NCBI RefSeq assembly: GCF_009914755.1
Contig: NC_060931.1
Strand: one strand, 5' to 3'
Length of the DNA stretch: 64,000 bases
DNA from: the human T2T-CHM13v2.0 reference genome, Homo sapiens
Below the pieces are notes generated by a model that was not told the origin of the DNA, searched no databases, and worked only from the letters and a program-made list of their open reading frames with translations. The position numbers and the translations under genes were made by a program. Shown here one piece after another: positions 30,887 through 42,980 of this stretch. Positions within the stretch are counted from its first letter, which is position 1. Every line of letters starts with the position of its first letter.

Positions 30887-33098
30887 GTCAGTCTCCACCT
30901 GCCCCTTCATTCTGGGCTGCCACTTAATCTCCTTACAAGTCCTTTCCTTGGCTGAGAACAGGGTCATTTGATCTTTGAGCGAGCCCTCATGTTTGCCAGA
31001 GGTGCTCCTGGTCCAGCCAGCACCAGCTAATTTTCCTTTGCCTTTCCATCCTGGAAAACACAAAGAGCTCCCCTATCCCATCTAACGCCATTTTTTTTTG
31101 CATGTCGCGCTATATGCCAAGTCAAGCCACATAGGTAGATTTACTGCAATATGATAAAATCCCATCACTCCAGCCACCATGACCTTGAGATATCAGGAAG
31201 CTCACCATGAAGACATTTTCATGGGCAGATCCCCAGAAAGAACAAAAAATTGGGAGTTGTTTTCAGTGAAGAACTCTCTGGTGAAGTGACCACAGCCTTC
31301 TGAAATGCTCCCTCAAACAGAGGAAAAAGTCCATCAAGTGCAAGTCAAGCCATGTTGTTGTAGCATTCATGGAATAGCTGTGGCACCAGTACTTTGAGTT
31401 TCTAAGATTGTCAGTGAAAGGAACAAATGTCTCCTCCCGGAAGTGGCCGTCTGCCTGTGGGTGACTCACTTCGCTGTGTGGCTATGTTTCACCTGATTAT
31501 AGCTGCATGGGCTTTTTCTACGGTTTTCCCCAGGCCGGAGCATTCACTAGCCTTCATTTGTGGCTGCACTTGGCTTTTTGACTTTTTCTTTTTGTTGAGA
31601 GTCTCAGTGGAAATCTTTATGCAAGTTTTAATTGGCTATCTGTGAAAGCACAAGTTGGCAATGATTATGGCTAAAGGCAAAACTAGTGTGAGTTGTTTCT
31701 GAGTCAGGAGATACTATCTTACCAAAAATGGTCTTATAAGCAGAAAAAGCAACTGAACCCTTCTTTCAGAAGGGAATTTCACAATGTTATTTTGTATAGT
31801 ACCTCGATTATGGCTAAAAATGAGGGAAAGGGCTGTGGAAAAAATAACCTGATATTTTTATATAATTGGAAATGTAGTCTTCCATGTTTATGACGAGCTC
31901 AATAACTAAATATGGGAGAAAGAAGGAAAATGTAACCAGAAATAAATAATGTATTTTATAATTTCCCCTGGTTTGTTTACAAATAACTTACGTTTTATAG
32001 AGCTTGAATCTTTATTGTCTATAGTAGCCCTAGAAGTTGCTTTTTAAATGAAAAAAAAATGAAAAGTAAAACTTCCAAATTCTTCCAGTATGGAATTTGT
32101 TAAATCTACATTATTTTACAAGGGCAAACTCTGAAGGGGATGTATTTTTGCTTGGCTCCCAGGGTAAAAATCAAAGGAAACTCTGGGGAAAACCAACAAC
32201 TGAAGACCTCCCTCCAATTTTTTTACCTTTAAAATTTGCACAGTAATTCTGATGGAAACATTGCCAGATCCATCAGGGAAATGCTAACTAAGGTCATTAT
32301 TATTCTCTGGCAGTCATTCACACAATTCATGGTCAGACACTTGGAAGGCAACCTCTGAGGGTTGGTTCCTAATGGAAACATGAGCACTTTATTCTGGAGT
32401 GCACAAAGAAGAGGAAGGAACACTGCAGCTGCAACTAAATTACTAAACCCAGCTTCAAGATCATGGAGGCCTATTTAGACCACACAATGTGCATTGAGGC
32501 TCCAGGATCAGAAGAGTGGGACCCTATCTGCTCCTTGCAGAGCCAACTGGAACATACTTTCATGTTGACTCCAGCTTGAGACCCTCTATAGAGAGTAAGA
32601 CAGTGGTCACGTAAAAGCCTTCTTATATTGGAAAGAGAACTTTGTTCCTTTTAATTGTTCTTAGGGTGTTGTATGCCCAAATGCCAGATTGGAATTGCAG
32701 CCATCTGAGTATTTTCAAAAAGCATCATTATCATTTAAAAACCAAAGAGCCAAATGAGAGGTGGCCTGGAAAAAGCCACTTTAGAGGTGGGTGAATGGGA
32801 CTGCTGACTGTACTGTGATTGAAAGGGAGCTTCTAATTCACTTTGGGAAGCCACTGGAAAAGGCTTTCCCAGAAATGTTGAATATATTGTAGAATGCCTT
32901 GATTGAGCCTTGTTGTAGCTGAGATTATTCTCATGTCATTGTATAGACTGCCTCATAATCACCCAACATCCATTCTGGTTTATTTGCCATGGTCACTTGC
33001 ATTTGGAGGGTGAAGACATCCTTGCTAAGCTTGTGCTGTGTATTTTCAGATTTTCTATCTTGTTCTGCTTTCTTTGTTCCTTCCATTGCTTTCTGCAG

Positions 33099-33185
33099 GT
33101 ATTTAAACCCATGGTTCAAAAGAGACTATAATGTAGCTAAGTGGGTAGAAGATGTGAATAAAAACACTGAAGGACCATACTTTAG
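33099..33185 (+). CDS. ADAM22: ADAM22 87-nt cassette exon (YLNPWFKRDYNVAKWVEDVNKNTEGPYF(R))
   Basis: Long pyrimidine tract + ctgcag acceptor, gtattt donor, phase 2-2; matches a recalled ADAM22 isoform insert. Confidence 0.9.
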
Positions 33186-34504
33186 GTATTTTATAAATTA
33201 ATTTTTATATCCTTCTCAAACTCTCCCAGCACATACAAATACTGTAGTGTGACTGGCTCTCTATCTTGTATCTCCCAATACAAGTTCCTATAGGTGGAAA
33301 GGGGTCCTTGTTTATTTGCTGCCTTTTGACTCTGTTTTTGCTTCGTGAGCAAGTCTGGTTCTTTTCTGAATGTTTCAAATAAAGCCATTTGAAAGGGTTG
33401 TCATTTAGTGCATGTCCCTATCACCATCTTAAGCTTTTTAGTAGCTTTCTCTTCATTTTATGCTATGTAGTGTTCTATGGGCATGAAACATACTTTCCAC
33501 TAATAAAGAAGCACTATTAACCTGAACAATTTAGTTTCTAGAATCTAGCAGTTTCATAATGCATTTTTCCTACTTACTGCCTAAGAGTGCATAGTGCATA
33601 CAAAAACTCACGGAAAAACGTATAAAGAAACTAAGTGAAATGTGATGGGATTTTACTTGGAGTAGAAACAATGATTTGGTCTAACTGGAAAATTACTGAG
33701 ACAACATTGACCACATGGGAGTATGTGGAATGAGTTTAGGTTTTATTTGTTCAGTATAACCATTTCCTACCAGAGAAAGGCTGTGCTGAGAAGTGTTATA
33801 CAGATTCTCAACAAAGCATGTAAGAAATTTTTTATGCTTATAAAAATGTTGTTATCTAATACTTCAAATAGAACAGGAAGCAGCTGAAAATATATTCTTG
33901 ACTCACAAAATAGAAGAATATCGCTACATTTTAGAAACTATCAAATTTACTCAGTTCACTGCAGCTCTGTGTAACATTACAGGTCAGAAAGAATTTCCAA
34001 GAGTTCGTAATGGCATTTTTTACCCTTATATAATATCAAAGTGATTTTCTAGAGGTAAATGTCCACTTTATATCTGACTACTTTGTGGACAACTAAGGTA
34101 AAGGAGAAATATGTACTCAATTACTACCTCTTCTGAACACAATTTTACAATAAACTTTCATGTTACTGATTGCCATGACTTGGGTCAACATTGAACAGAT
34201 ATCAAAATATGTATGTGTTTTTAACTCTCAGCACCCGTATAAGGTGGACTCTCTCTTCCAGTGTACCATTTAGTTTAGTTATGCATAGTTTGAGAAAATG
34301 ATTAGACCTACCTGCCTTTTAATTTGATCCATAACATTTGCATATACCCCAAGGAAAGCGTAACTCCTGCCTGCTCACAAAAATATATCCTGCTTTTATA
34401 CCCCATCTTTCCCTCCTGCCCTGTCCCTCTGCTTGTCCCACACTTTCCCACACTGAACCTCATACACATACACTCACATTCAAACATCCCACCCTCATCT
34501 GTAG

Positions 34505-34534
34505 CTCCCAAGATGGCCAACATCAGGAAGACAG
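34505..34534 (+). CDS. ADAM22: Probable ADAM22 30-nt microexon (SQDGQHQED(R))
   Basis: tgtag acceptor, strong CAG|gtaaga donor, 30 nt, phase 2-2 like neighbouring cassettes, no stop in that frame. Confidence 0.65.
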
Positions 34535-35347
34535 GTAAGATGATTTTGACTGTTATTTGGAATCTTGGCTCACCTGCAGTCCTATTTCTCCTTTCTGTTT
34601 TCCTCAGGCTTGTGGGCAGATTGTAATTTGTACCAGCCATGGAACCAAAACAGAATGACTTTCATCCTATATGGGTTAGGGCTTTTATTCCCAAATGGAT
34701 TTAGCATTTTTGCAGCAATAATTTGTGAAATGGTACCCCGGAAGAGTTGATTCACCTCCCCTGGGTGAGCTGAGTAGTTTATGTGGCTCTCAGAGAAAGA
34801 GGTCACGTTTCTTAAAATCAGCACCCAGGTCTGCCCAGAAGCTGCATGACTAAATGCAATTTGGATGGGGAAATGCTTCAGCACCCCTGATTGCACGTGC
34901 AAAACTGCAAGGACAATTTTAGAGGGTTCCTTTGTTTTCTCTTCTAATATGAGATGTTGGTTCCTACAGTAGATAGTGAAATTAAGAATTAATTGTTAAA
35001 ATCATATTTATGTTTAAAGGTTAGACAAAGTTCTGTGGACAGTTATAATTTAATTGACATTTTTTAGTTAATAAGGGTGATAAGATTTGAAATTCAATAC
35101 AGAATTTCTGTGGTGGTGGTAAATAATTGAGATGGCCCAGAACGTTTAACACAGTGATTCTAATGCAAGGGAGAATTTCATCCACCCTCTGTGCAAGCCA
35201 AGCCTCACATAGGAGACCCAAAGTGCATCCACACCTTGGCTTGTGCCTTGCCAACCCTATGCTTAGGCTCAGATCTGCTTCATCTGTGGCCAGGTCATTC
35301 AGGATTACCCTTCCTGTCAAAACCACCACTGAGGGCAAAGGTCACCT

Positions 35348-35454
35348 TATTGTTTTTTGTAGAGACGGGATCTCACCATGTTGCTCAAGCTGGTCTCAAA
35401 CTCCTGGGCTCAAGCAATCCACCTGCCTCAGCCTCCCAGAGTGCTGGGATTACA
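35348..35454 (-). mobile_element. Alu monomer fragment (FLAM/AluJ-like)
   Basis: ttttgtagagacgggatctcaccatgttgctcaagctggtctcaaactcctgggctcaag...gtgctgggattaca. Confidence 0.9.
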
Positions 35455-35869
35455 CCCCTGTGGTGTTGGCTTTGCGGCATCCTTATCAAAATGCAATCTG
35501 CAGCAAACTGGTTCAAAATATAGTCCAGCATTTAAAATATAGTGGCCACACTGCTAGAGAGAGCAAGGCAAATGCCTAAATAGATATCAAGTGATCAGAG
35601 TGCCTCTGCTGTGCCCCCTTATCCAGTTTCGATATGATGGTGGTTGCTCAGGTTGTCCTCTGCATGAATTCAGGCCACCAGGAAGGAGCAAGTGAGATCA
35701 GGACAAGAGCATTATCTCGCCACACCCAGATCCTGGATGCAGTTCTGTTATAAGCTCTCAGAAGGTAGCCTTACTCTCGGGTATTATCCCATTGATTACT
35801 CACTTCATCAGGGTTTTCGAGTCCACTTCCATGATTCTATGGAATTTTTGGTGACTCTGAAAAGAAACG

Positions 35870-36465
<596 letters not shown>

Positions 36466-36736
36466 TCAACCTACTATAAAACTCACATATGAACACAAGT
36501 GAATAAGAGGTGGACTTGTGTCCCTCTCCATGTGACTGGCCTGGTTTTTAGCCTGTCCTTGGGTGCAGAACTGAACTGAGGTTGGCCTTACAGGCATATA
36601 TACAGAAGGTAATCCCAGGAAGTTTGATGTAGCCCCAAGAGGCACCACAATCCATTGGCACACAAACATACCTTTATTGTGTAATTCTAATAGGGTATCC
36701 ATTATGGTAATTATAGTTTTTAAAAATACAGTAATG

Positions 36737-37040
36737 GGCTGGGTGGGGTGCCTCATGCCTATAATTCCAGCACTTTGGGAGGCCGAGATGGGTGGATCAT
36801 TTGAGGTCAGGAGTTTGAGACCAGCCTGGCCATCATGGTGAGACCCTGTCTCTCCTGAAAATAGAAAAATTAGCCGGGGGTGGTGGCGCATTCCTATAGT
36901 CCCAGCTACTCGGGAGGCTGAGGCAGGAGAATCGCTTGAACCCAGGAGGCAGAGGCTGTGGTGAGCTGAGATCACACCAAATGCACTTCAGACTGGGTGA
37001 CAGAGTGAGACTCCATCTCAAAAAATAAAATAAAATAAAA
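36737..37040 (+). mobile_element. Alu (AluS-like)
   Basis: Full Alu with (AAAAT)n tail; TSD aaaat[a/g]cagtaat on both sides. Confidence 0.95.
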
Positions 37041-37265
37041 TGCAGTAATAATAATGGTTGACTTGTATCCAATGATGCACTTCACTTTTTAAGTGAATGA
37101 GCTGGGCTGGTGCCTGGCTTTAAGTGAAAGCCAGGCTGGAACTGCCGGGCAAGTAGTCAATAAAGGTCAGAAAAGAGCCTGGAGATCGTTTTGAAGAAAC
37201 GTTTTCCTTAGACATTTGTGAGAAATTTTGAGTTTATTTTCCCTAAAGTGTTTTACCGTACCGTG

Positions 37266-37605
37266 TTCTCTACTCCTATTTTGACTCCTGCTCTGGTGCT
37301 CTCCATCTTCCCAAAATAATCACTTTTATGCTGTCACATACCACCCAGCCTCCAGGACCCTTTCCCCTGCTAAAACCTTCCTGCTGGGCTTCTCTTCCCC
37401 TCAGGGTCCAAGATGTCAATTAACAAGAGTGTTATTATTCTTTACTTCTATTTTGACTCCTGCTCTGGTGCTCTCATCCCCCCAAGATAATCAATTTTAT
37501 ACCAGCCTCCAGGACCCTTTCCCCTGCTAAAACTTTCCTGCTCAGCTTCTCTTCTTCCCCTCAAGGTCCAAGGTGTCAATTAACTAGTGTAACTAGCGTG
37601 TTATT
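37266..37605. repeat. ~170-bp head-to-tail tandem duplication (2 diverged copies)
   Basis: Copy 1 (~37266-37436) and copy 2 (~37438-37605) share ctattttgactcctgctctggtgctctc, ccagcctccaggaccctttcccctgctaaaac and tgtcaattaac. Confidence 0.92.
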
Positions 37606-39599
37606 TTAAGAAGTAGTATATGTGCAATTTCTTTGGGGTTCTGGAGAAAATCTCCTGTTTTTGTTCTAACTTAATTGGCTTTGCCCATAGAAAGATATTT
37701 GAGGGGAAGACTGGACCTTCAGCACCCCTCATTGGAATGGCTTTGTCCATGTATCAGGCTGGCCATTTGGACCCATGGCCAAGTTAAAGCTGGAATGACT
37801 GTGAAGCTAAAAGCTAATAGCTAATGGTGTGGACACACATGCTGCAGCAGATTAAAAAGATGCCTTGTTTTGCATGATCCCCTAAAGTAAACAAGATTTA
37901 ATTATTTGTTTGTGTACCTTACTAGCTTTCCTAAAGTTGGATATTTTATCAGTAGTGATTAGGCTAAAAAGCTGACGCCAGGTTAATAGTCCTCATTTTA
38001 GAAAGATGCATTTAAATATCTAAATGCAGAAGTTTGCCATTATCTTACATGTACCAAATTTGTTTCTTAAAGATCATAGTCCTATTTAAAGTGTTTTTCT
38101 AAAATAAAATAATTTCTTAATTAAAAAAATATGAAGTACATTGCTTTAATAGAACTTTAGAGAATTTGAAGTACTAGTATTAGTTACACCCATCCGCTCG
38201 GCAATGAAGAGCATTAACATAGGAGAAATCAAACAGCTGCTGTGTTCTAAATGTTCATGCAAAGGAGTGGTCCTAGCCATTTTTCAAAAATAGGAGTTAC
38301 AGATTAAAAGTGAATTGTACCATTCTTCATTCTTAAAATCTATCAAGAATGTTCACTACTACTATCTTAGGGTGTGTGGGAAAAATTATTTTCAAACTTT
38401 AGCTTGAATTCAGTGTCCATAAAATGGAAATTAGTATGAAAACTATGGCAGAACCAGAGCAAAGGATATTATACGCATGCAAACCAAAATTTAAAACAAG
38501 GAAGGAAAAAAGACACCTTTATGCTATTGAATGCAGTGTAGGCAGTAGATCTTGACCTACCTAGTGCTACCCCCGCCCCTCCCACTAACATTCCCAGGCT
38601 GGATCAGTCACAGCAGATGAGGTACATTCTACTGAAATAAACACTTTTGCTATAAGGTGGCAGTGTAACCAGTTCAATGTGGGTTTTTACCACCTTGCAC
38701 CATGGATTAAGGAGCAGTGGATGTGTAGTGGTAACGTTTGTGAATGGAATAGCTACTACAGTTATCACATCTGTTTTTCATTGATATCTTATGAGCAGAC
38801 ATTTTTTACTCAGCTGTTTTCTTTTTTCACTTTAAAGACAAATTAGCAATAGATAGGGGCTTGTCTAGTATGTTCAGCTTAGTCACAAATTACCACTACA
38901 CATGCAAAATCAATCAAGTACAGCATAATACAGCAGCAGCTTACATAGAAATGCTGATTGTAGGGACTAATTAGACCATTTTTGTATGTTCTCATCAGAC
39001 TTTGTTTGGCTGGAACTCTGCACTCCTTACTGCTTGCATGTTTACTAATTTATTAAAAGCCCTGTATTTGCCTTTGTTCCTTCACAACTAACACACTGGC
39101 CTCTGAATGCATGAGTGTTGTGTAAACTGGTGTGTGATTTAGCAACTAATAAATATATCAGTTGTAATGGATTTTAAGATCTTAAGAGAAAATTGGAATT
39201 ATCGTACTTAAACATTTTTACATTAAGTGGTTAAAAATAAGGCACAATATTAATATTTTATACACATAATTTACCATTATAAGCTCTTAGAATAATTTCA
39301 TCCCTTCTGCATTTTAGCTTTTTATCTATTCTATAGGATACATTTTTAGTGGCTTGTAGTTGAAAAGTATCATTCTATGTTCTAACATTTAAATAATCCA
39401 TTGCAGTCATGAAATTAGGAAGATAAAATTGCAGCATTTCACTGTTGAGAATGACAGAATATCTTCCCAGTAGTTAAATCTTTGCAGTAGTGGTATATGA
39501 AAGTTAGAAGTCAGAGGGTTTGTTCTGAACACACTTTTCAGATATTTGAAAAATGTTAGGCAATCACATGATACTTAATTCATGTTCTCAACATCTCAG

Positions 39600-39723
39600 G
39601 ACTTTATCTCCTGCCAAGTCTCCTTCTTCATCAACTGGGTCTATTGCCTCCAGCAGAAAATACCCTTACCCAATGCCTCCACTTCCTGATGAGGACAAGA
39701 AAGTGAACCGACAAAGTGCCAGG
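39600..39723 (+). CDS. ADAM22: ADAM22 penultimate exon ([41 protein letters not shown])
   Basis: ctcag acceptor, gtatgt donor, 124 nt, phase 2-0; ORF 39553..39780. Confidence 0.96.
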
Positions 39724-41985
39724 GTATGTGGAAACCTCTTCCATGTGCGTACATGCTCAGTCATTATCATTTATCTATGAGTTTATATTTTAAAAGAGAG
39801 AACCATTTTTCCTCCCTTGTTCCTAAGAAAATGAAAAAATCAAACTTGAAAATAAGGAGATTCTTGAGACTTTTGGCTTCAGATTTATATTTGCAAATAG
39901 TTTAATCTGCATTGATACAGTCTAGGTACATTTTGTGTAATTAATTGCTATATATTTAATTATTGTAGCTAATTTATTAAAACCTACAGTAAACAAAACA
40001 GTGTATTTTGCTATATCACCTTTTACATTTTAATCACACTGCCACTGTCTCACAACATTCCTGAAACATATCAGTATGTGAAATTCGAGATACAGTGGAG
40101 CTTAGAGAGGCAGACTGGTCCTCAGAGACTTAAGTGAAAGATGTAACCAAAGAATAATTACCTTTATTGATGTCCAGGCTCTGTTGTGGTCATTTACACT
40201 GTAATGTTCATCTTCTTAGAAATAATGTTGCAAAAAAATAAAATAAAGCTTATAAGCCTCGGCAGCTTTAGCTGCTGGTTAGACTCTTTGGTCTTCAGAG
40301 ATGTTTCGGAATCTCTTTGATCCCAAACCTAAATTATGTGATTCAAGGTAAACGTGGATCATTCAAATTTTAATTTTAACTCAGAGTCAGTAAGAAGGCA
40401 CAAATAATTAAAAGCTGTGTAGATCACTATAATCCAAAAGTCTTTAAAAACTACCAGCAGTGTTTTGTTAATCATAAAAAATTACCATTATATGTTAATA
40501 TGAGAAATGGTAAAAGATAACAAGACAATTCAGATTCCCAGCACTCAGCTTTCTGAATTAACAAAAGACTTCTTGATAGATACCTAGTTGTTCATGATGT
40601 CATGTGTGATAATGAAATCTGAGACTGAGGTCATTCCTGCCCTCCTCAAATAATTGTCTAAGTGTAGCAACCCACTTTCTGCTAAATTGTCTGCATCCCT
40701 GTTTTGTTCCATCAAGTTAGGGACATTCCCTCAGCTGTTGTCATGTCAGAGTTTGGGTTATTGGAGATGTTACCACACAAGAGCCTGTAAAAATGATAGC
40801 TCCCTAGAAAAAATGACTGGCCCTGGGCTGAGCAGGTGACCACAAAGGCTCTGGCTGCTGGGATTGTTACCTGAAAAGTCTGATTTGTTCTATGCACTGT
40901 GGAACAGCCACATAAGCATGTGGCAGAATCCTACCAAATACACAGCCCCTGTCTCTGGGCTGTCTCTGTGGGCTGTGGAGAGTGGAACAAGCAGATCTTC
41001 CTATCAGCAGCCCCTCTGTTACCACCACATAGACGTGGGCCAAGGCATGCCTAGTGCTGAAAGTGATGTTTGGCAATTGCTCATTTTTTCTCACTGGAGT
41101 AATCATGACATTCAGGTTTTTCCCAATGTTGTTCATTTGTCCCTCCCTTCTTTCTCCTGTCACATATTATTTTTAATCTTTATAAAACAATATTGAGGAA
41201 ACTTCAGCTCTCTGAGGCCAGAGTCTAATCCCTTTAGCCCTCCAGACCATTATCTGAGCATCAGTTCAGATCGTCTTTGCTCCAGACCCACCACAAGCCC
41301 CATTTAACTCCTCTCCACCACCAGTGTCACCCATTCACGAAGATCCTCACAGTTCAGATATTCCTGTGGTTTACAAGGGGTTGGTGTCTTTTCAATAAAA
41401 AGGGCATATAAAATGACCTAAGGTAGATAGCATGGTGGCTTTACCACAGTCCTGTGGAGTAGGCAGACATGGGCATTCAGAACAAGATTTCCATGAAGAT
41501 TTGGGAGAACATATTAAGGGAACCTATATAGAAACATCTACTTACTCACTTGGCTTTTTCTCCTTTTTCTTTCCCAGAAACTCATTATATATACAGCGAC
41601 ATGCACCAAATGTCCAGTAAAAATGGAATTTGGATGGAATTGGATACAACCTAAGTCACTGTGTTCATAGGCTTTATTTGTTTATGTTTATAATAATTAT
41701 ATCTAAATTCTATTGCCTGGAAACATATTTCATCAGCTTGATCTTCTTTTTAAATTGGTCTTCCTTTTCTGGTGAACTGAGTTGCATTCATATCTGATCA
41801 TGTCACACTTGTTATTAGTCCATTAAGGTGATTGCTGAACATTGTAGAAATTTGACCGGAACAGGGCCAATATAAAGAGCTCATGGCAAAAGCAAGGAGA
41901 GGGTAAGAGGGACAGAATGAATGAAGGGACATCCTGCCTTGAATGTATCCTTCCACTGTGATACCTCAGCTTGTGAGAGAGAACC

Positions 41986-42305
<320 letters not shown>

Positions 42306-42407
42306 GAGAGAACTATTTTTTAAGGAGGTAGTGATAGAAGTGGAGTGTATGGCAGTGATTTTCAAGTGGGTGATGGTGGAATTGATGGAATCACACTTCC
42401 CTGATGT

Positions 42408-42586
42408 CAGTGGTTTTCTGTCGTGGCTGCACAAGGGAATCATCTGCAAAGCTTTTAAAATATTCTTACGCCTGAGTCCCACCCAGAGAGATTTTGATTT
42501 AGTTGGTCTGGTGTGGTGCCTGGGAAGTGGAATTGTAGAAACCTCCCCAGATTAATGTAATGTGCAGCTGAGGTTGAGAACCACTG
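42408..42586. mobile_element. MER5B-like hAT-Charlie MITE
   Basis: 179 nt bounded by TIRs cagtggtt...aaccactg; interior resembles the recalled MER5B consensus. Confidence 0.8.
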
Positions 42587-42959
42587 CTCTAGCTGGCTGT
42601 CTCAGAATCCTGGGGAAAGGAAGGGCATGTGTAGCTTAAAAAATAATATTTTAAATTCTTTTATTTCATTTGAGACACAATATTGACTCTATTCAAAATG
42701 TTTAGTAACATTAAATGAGGATGTGATGGTTTTTGTATCAAAAGATGGCTGCTGTTAAAAAGGTTGAGACACAGGTTTTGAGGAAACAGAGAGCTAAAAG
42801 TTGGAGTGTTTATTCTATCCACTTTTTAGACTTTGCAAGAGTGTGCATCCACAATCACATATGTATGGATGGAATCACTGAATCTTTTTCATCTCCTATT
42901 CAGAATACATCTGCTTCCTGCTTTCACAATGTGCAATTTTGCTCTTTTCTGTTGTGCAG

Positions 42960-42980
42960 CTATGGGAGACATCCATTTAA
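42960..42980 (+). CDS. ADAM22: ADAM22 last coding exon LWETSI-stop (class I PDZ-binding motif for the PSD-95 family)
   Basis: Pyrimidine tract + tgcag acceptor; CTA TGG GAG ACA TCC ATT TAA. Confidence 0.97.
   Translation, partial: LWETSI

Noticed and set aside
34818-34837. REST/NRSE-like site TCAGCACCCAGGTCTGCCC
   Set aside because: The right half-site has two core mismatches to GGACAG; other matches in the window are half-sites only.
36466-37072. 169-aa and 79-aa minus-strand ORFs (also ORFs at 22478, 23166, 41921, 56165, 57669, 62434)
   Set aside because: Translations are typical Alu-derived peptides.
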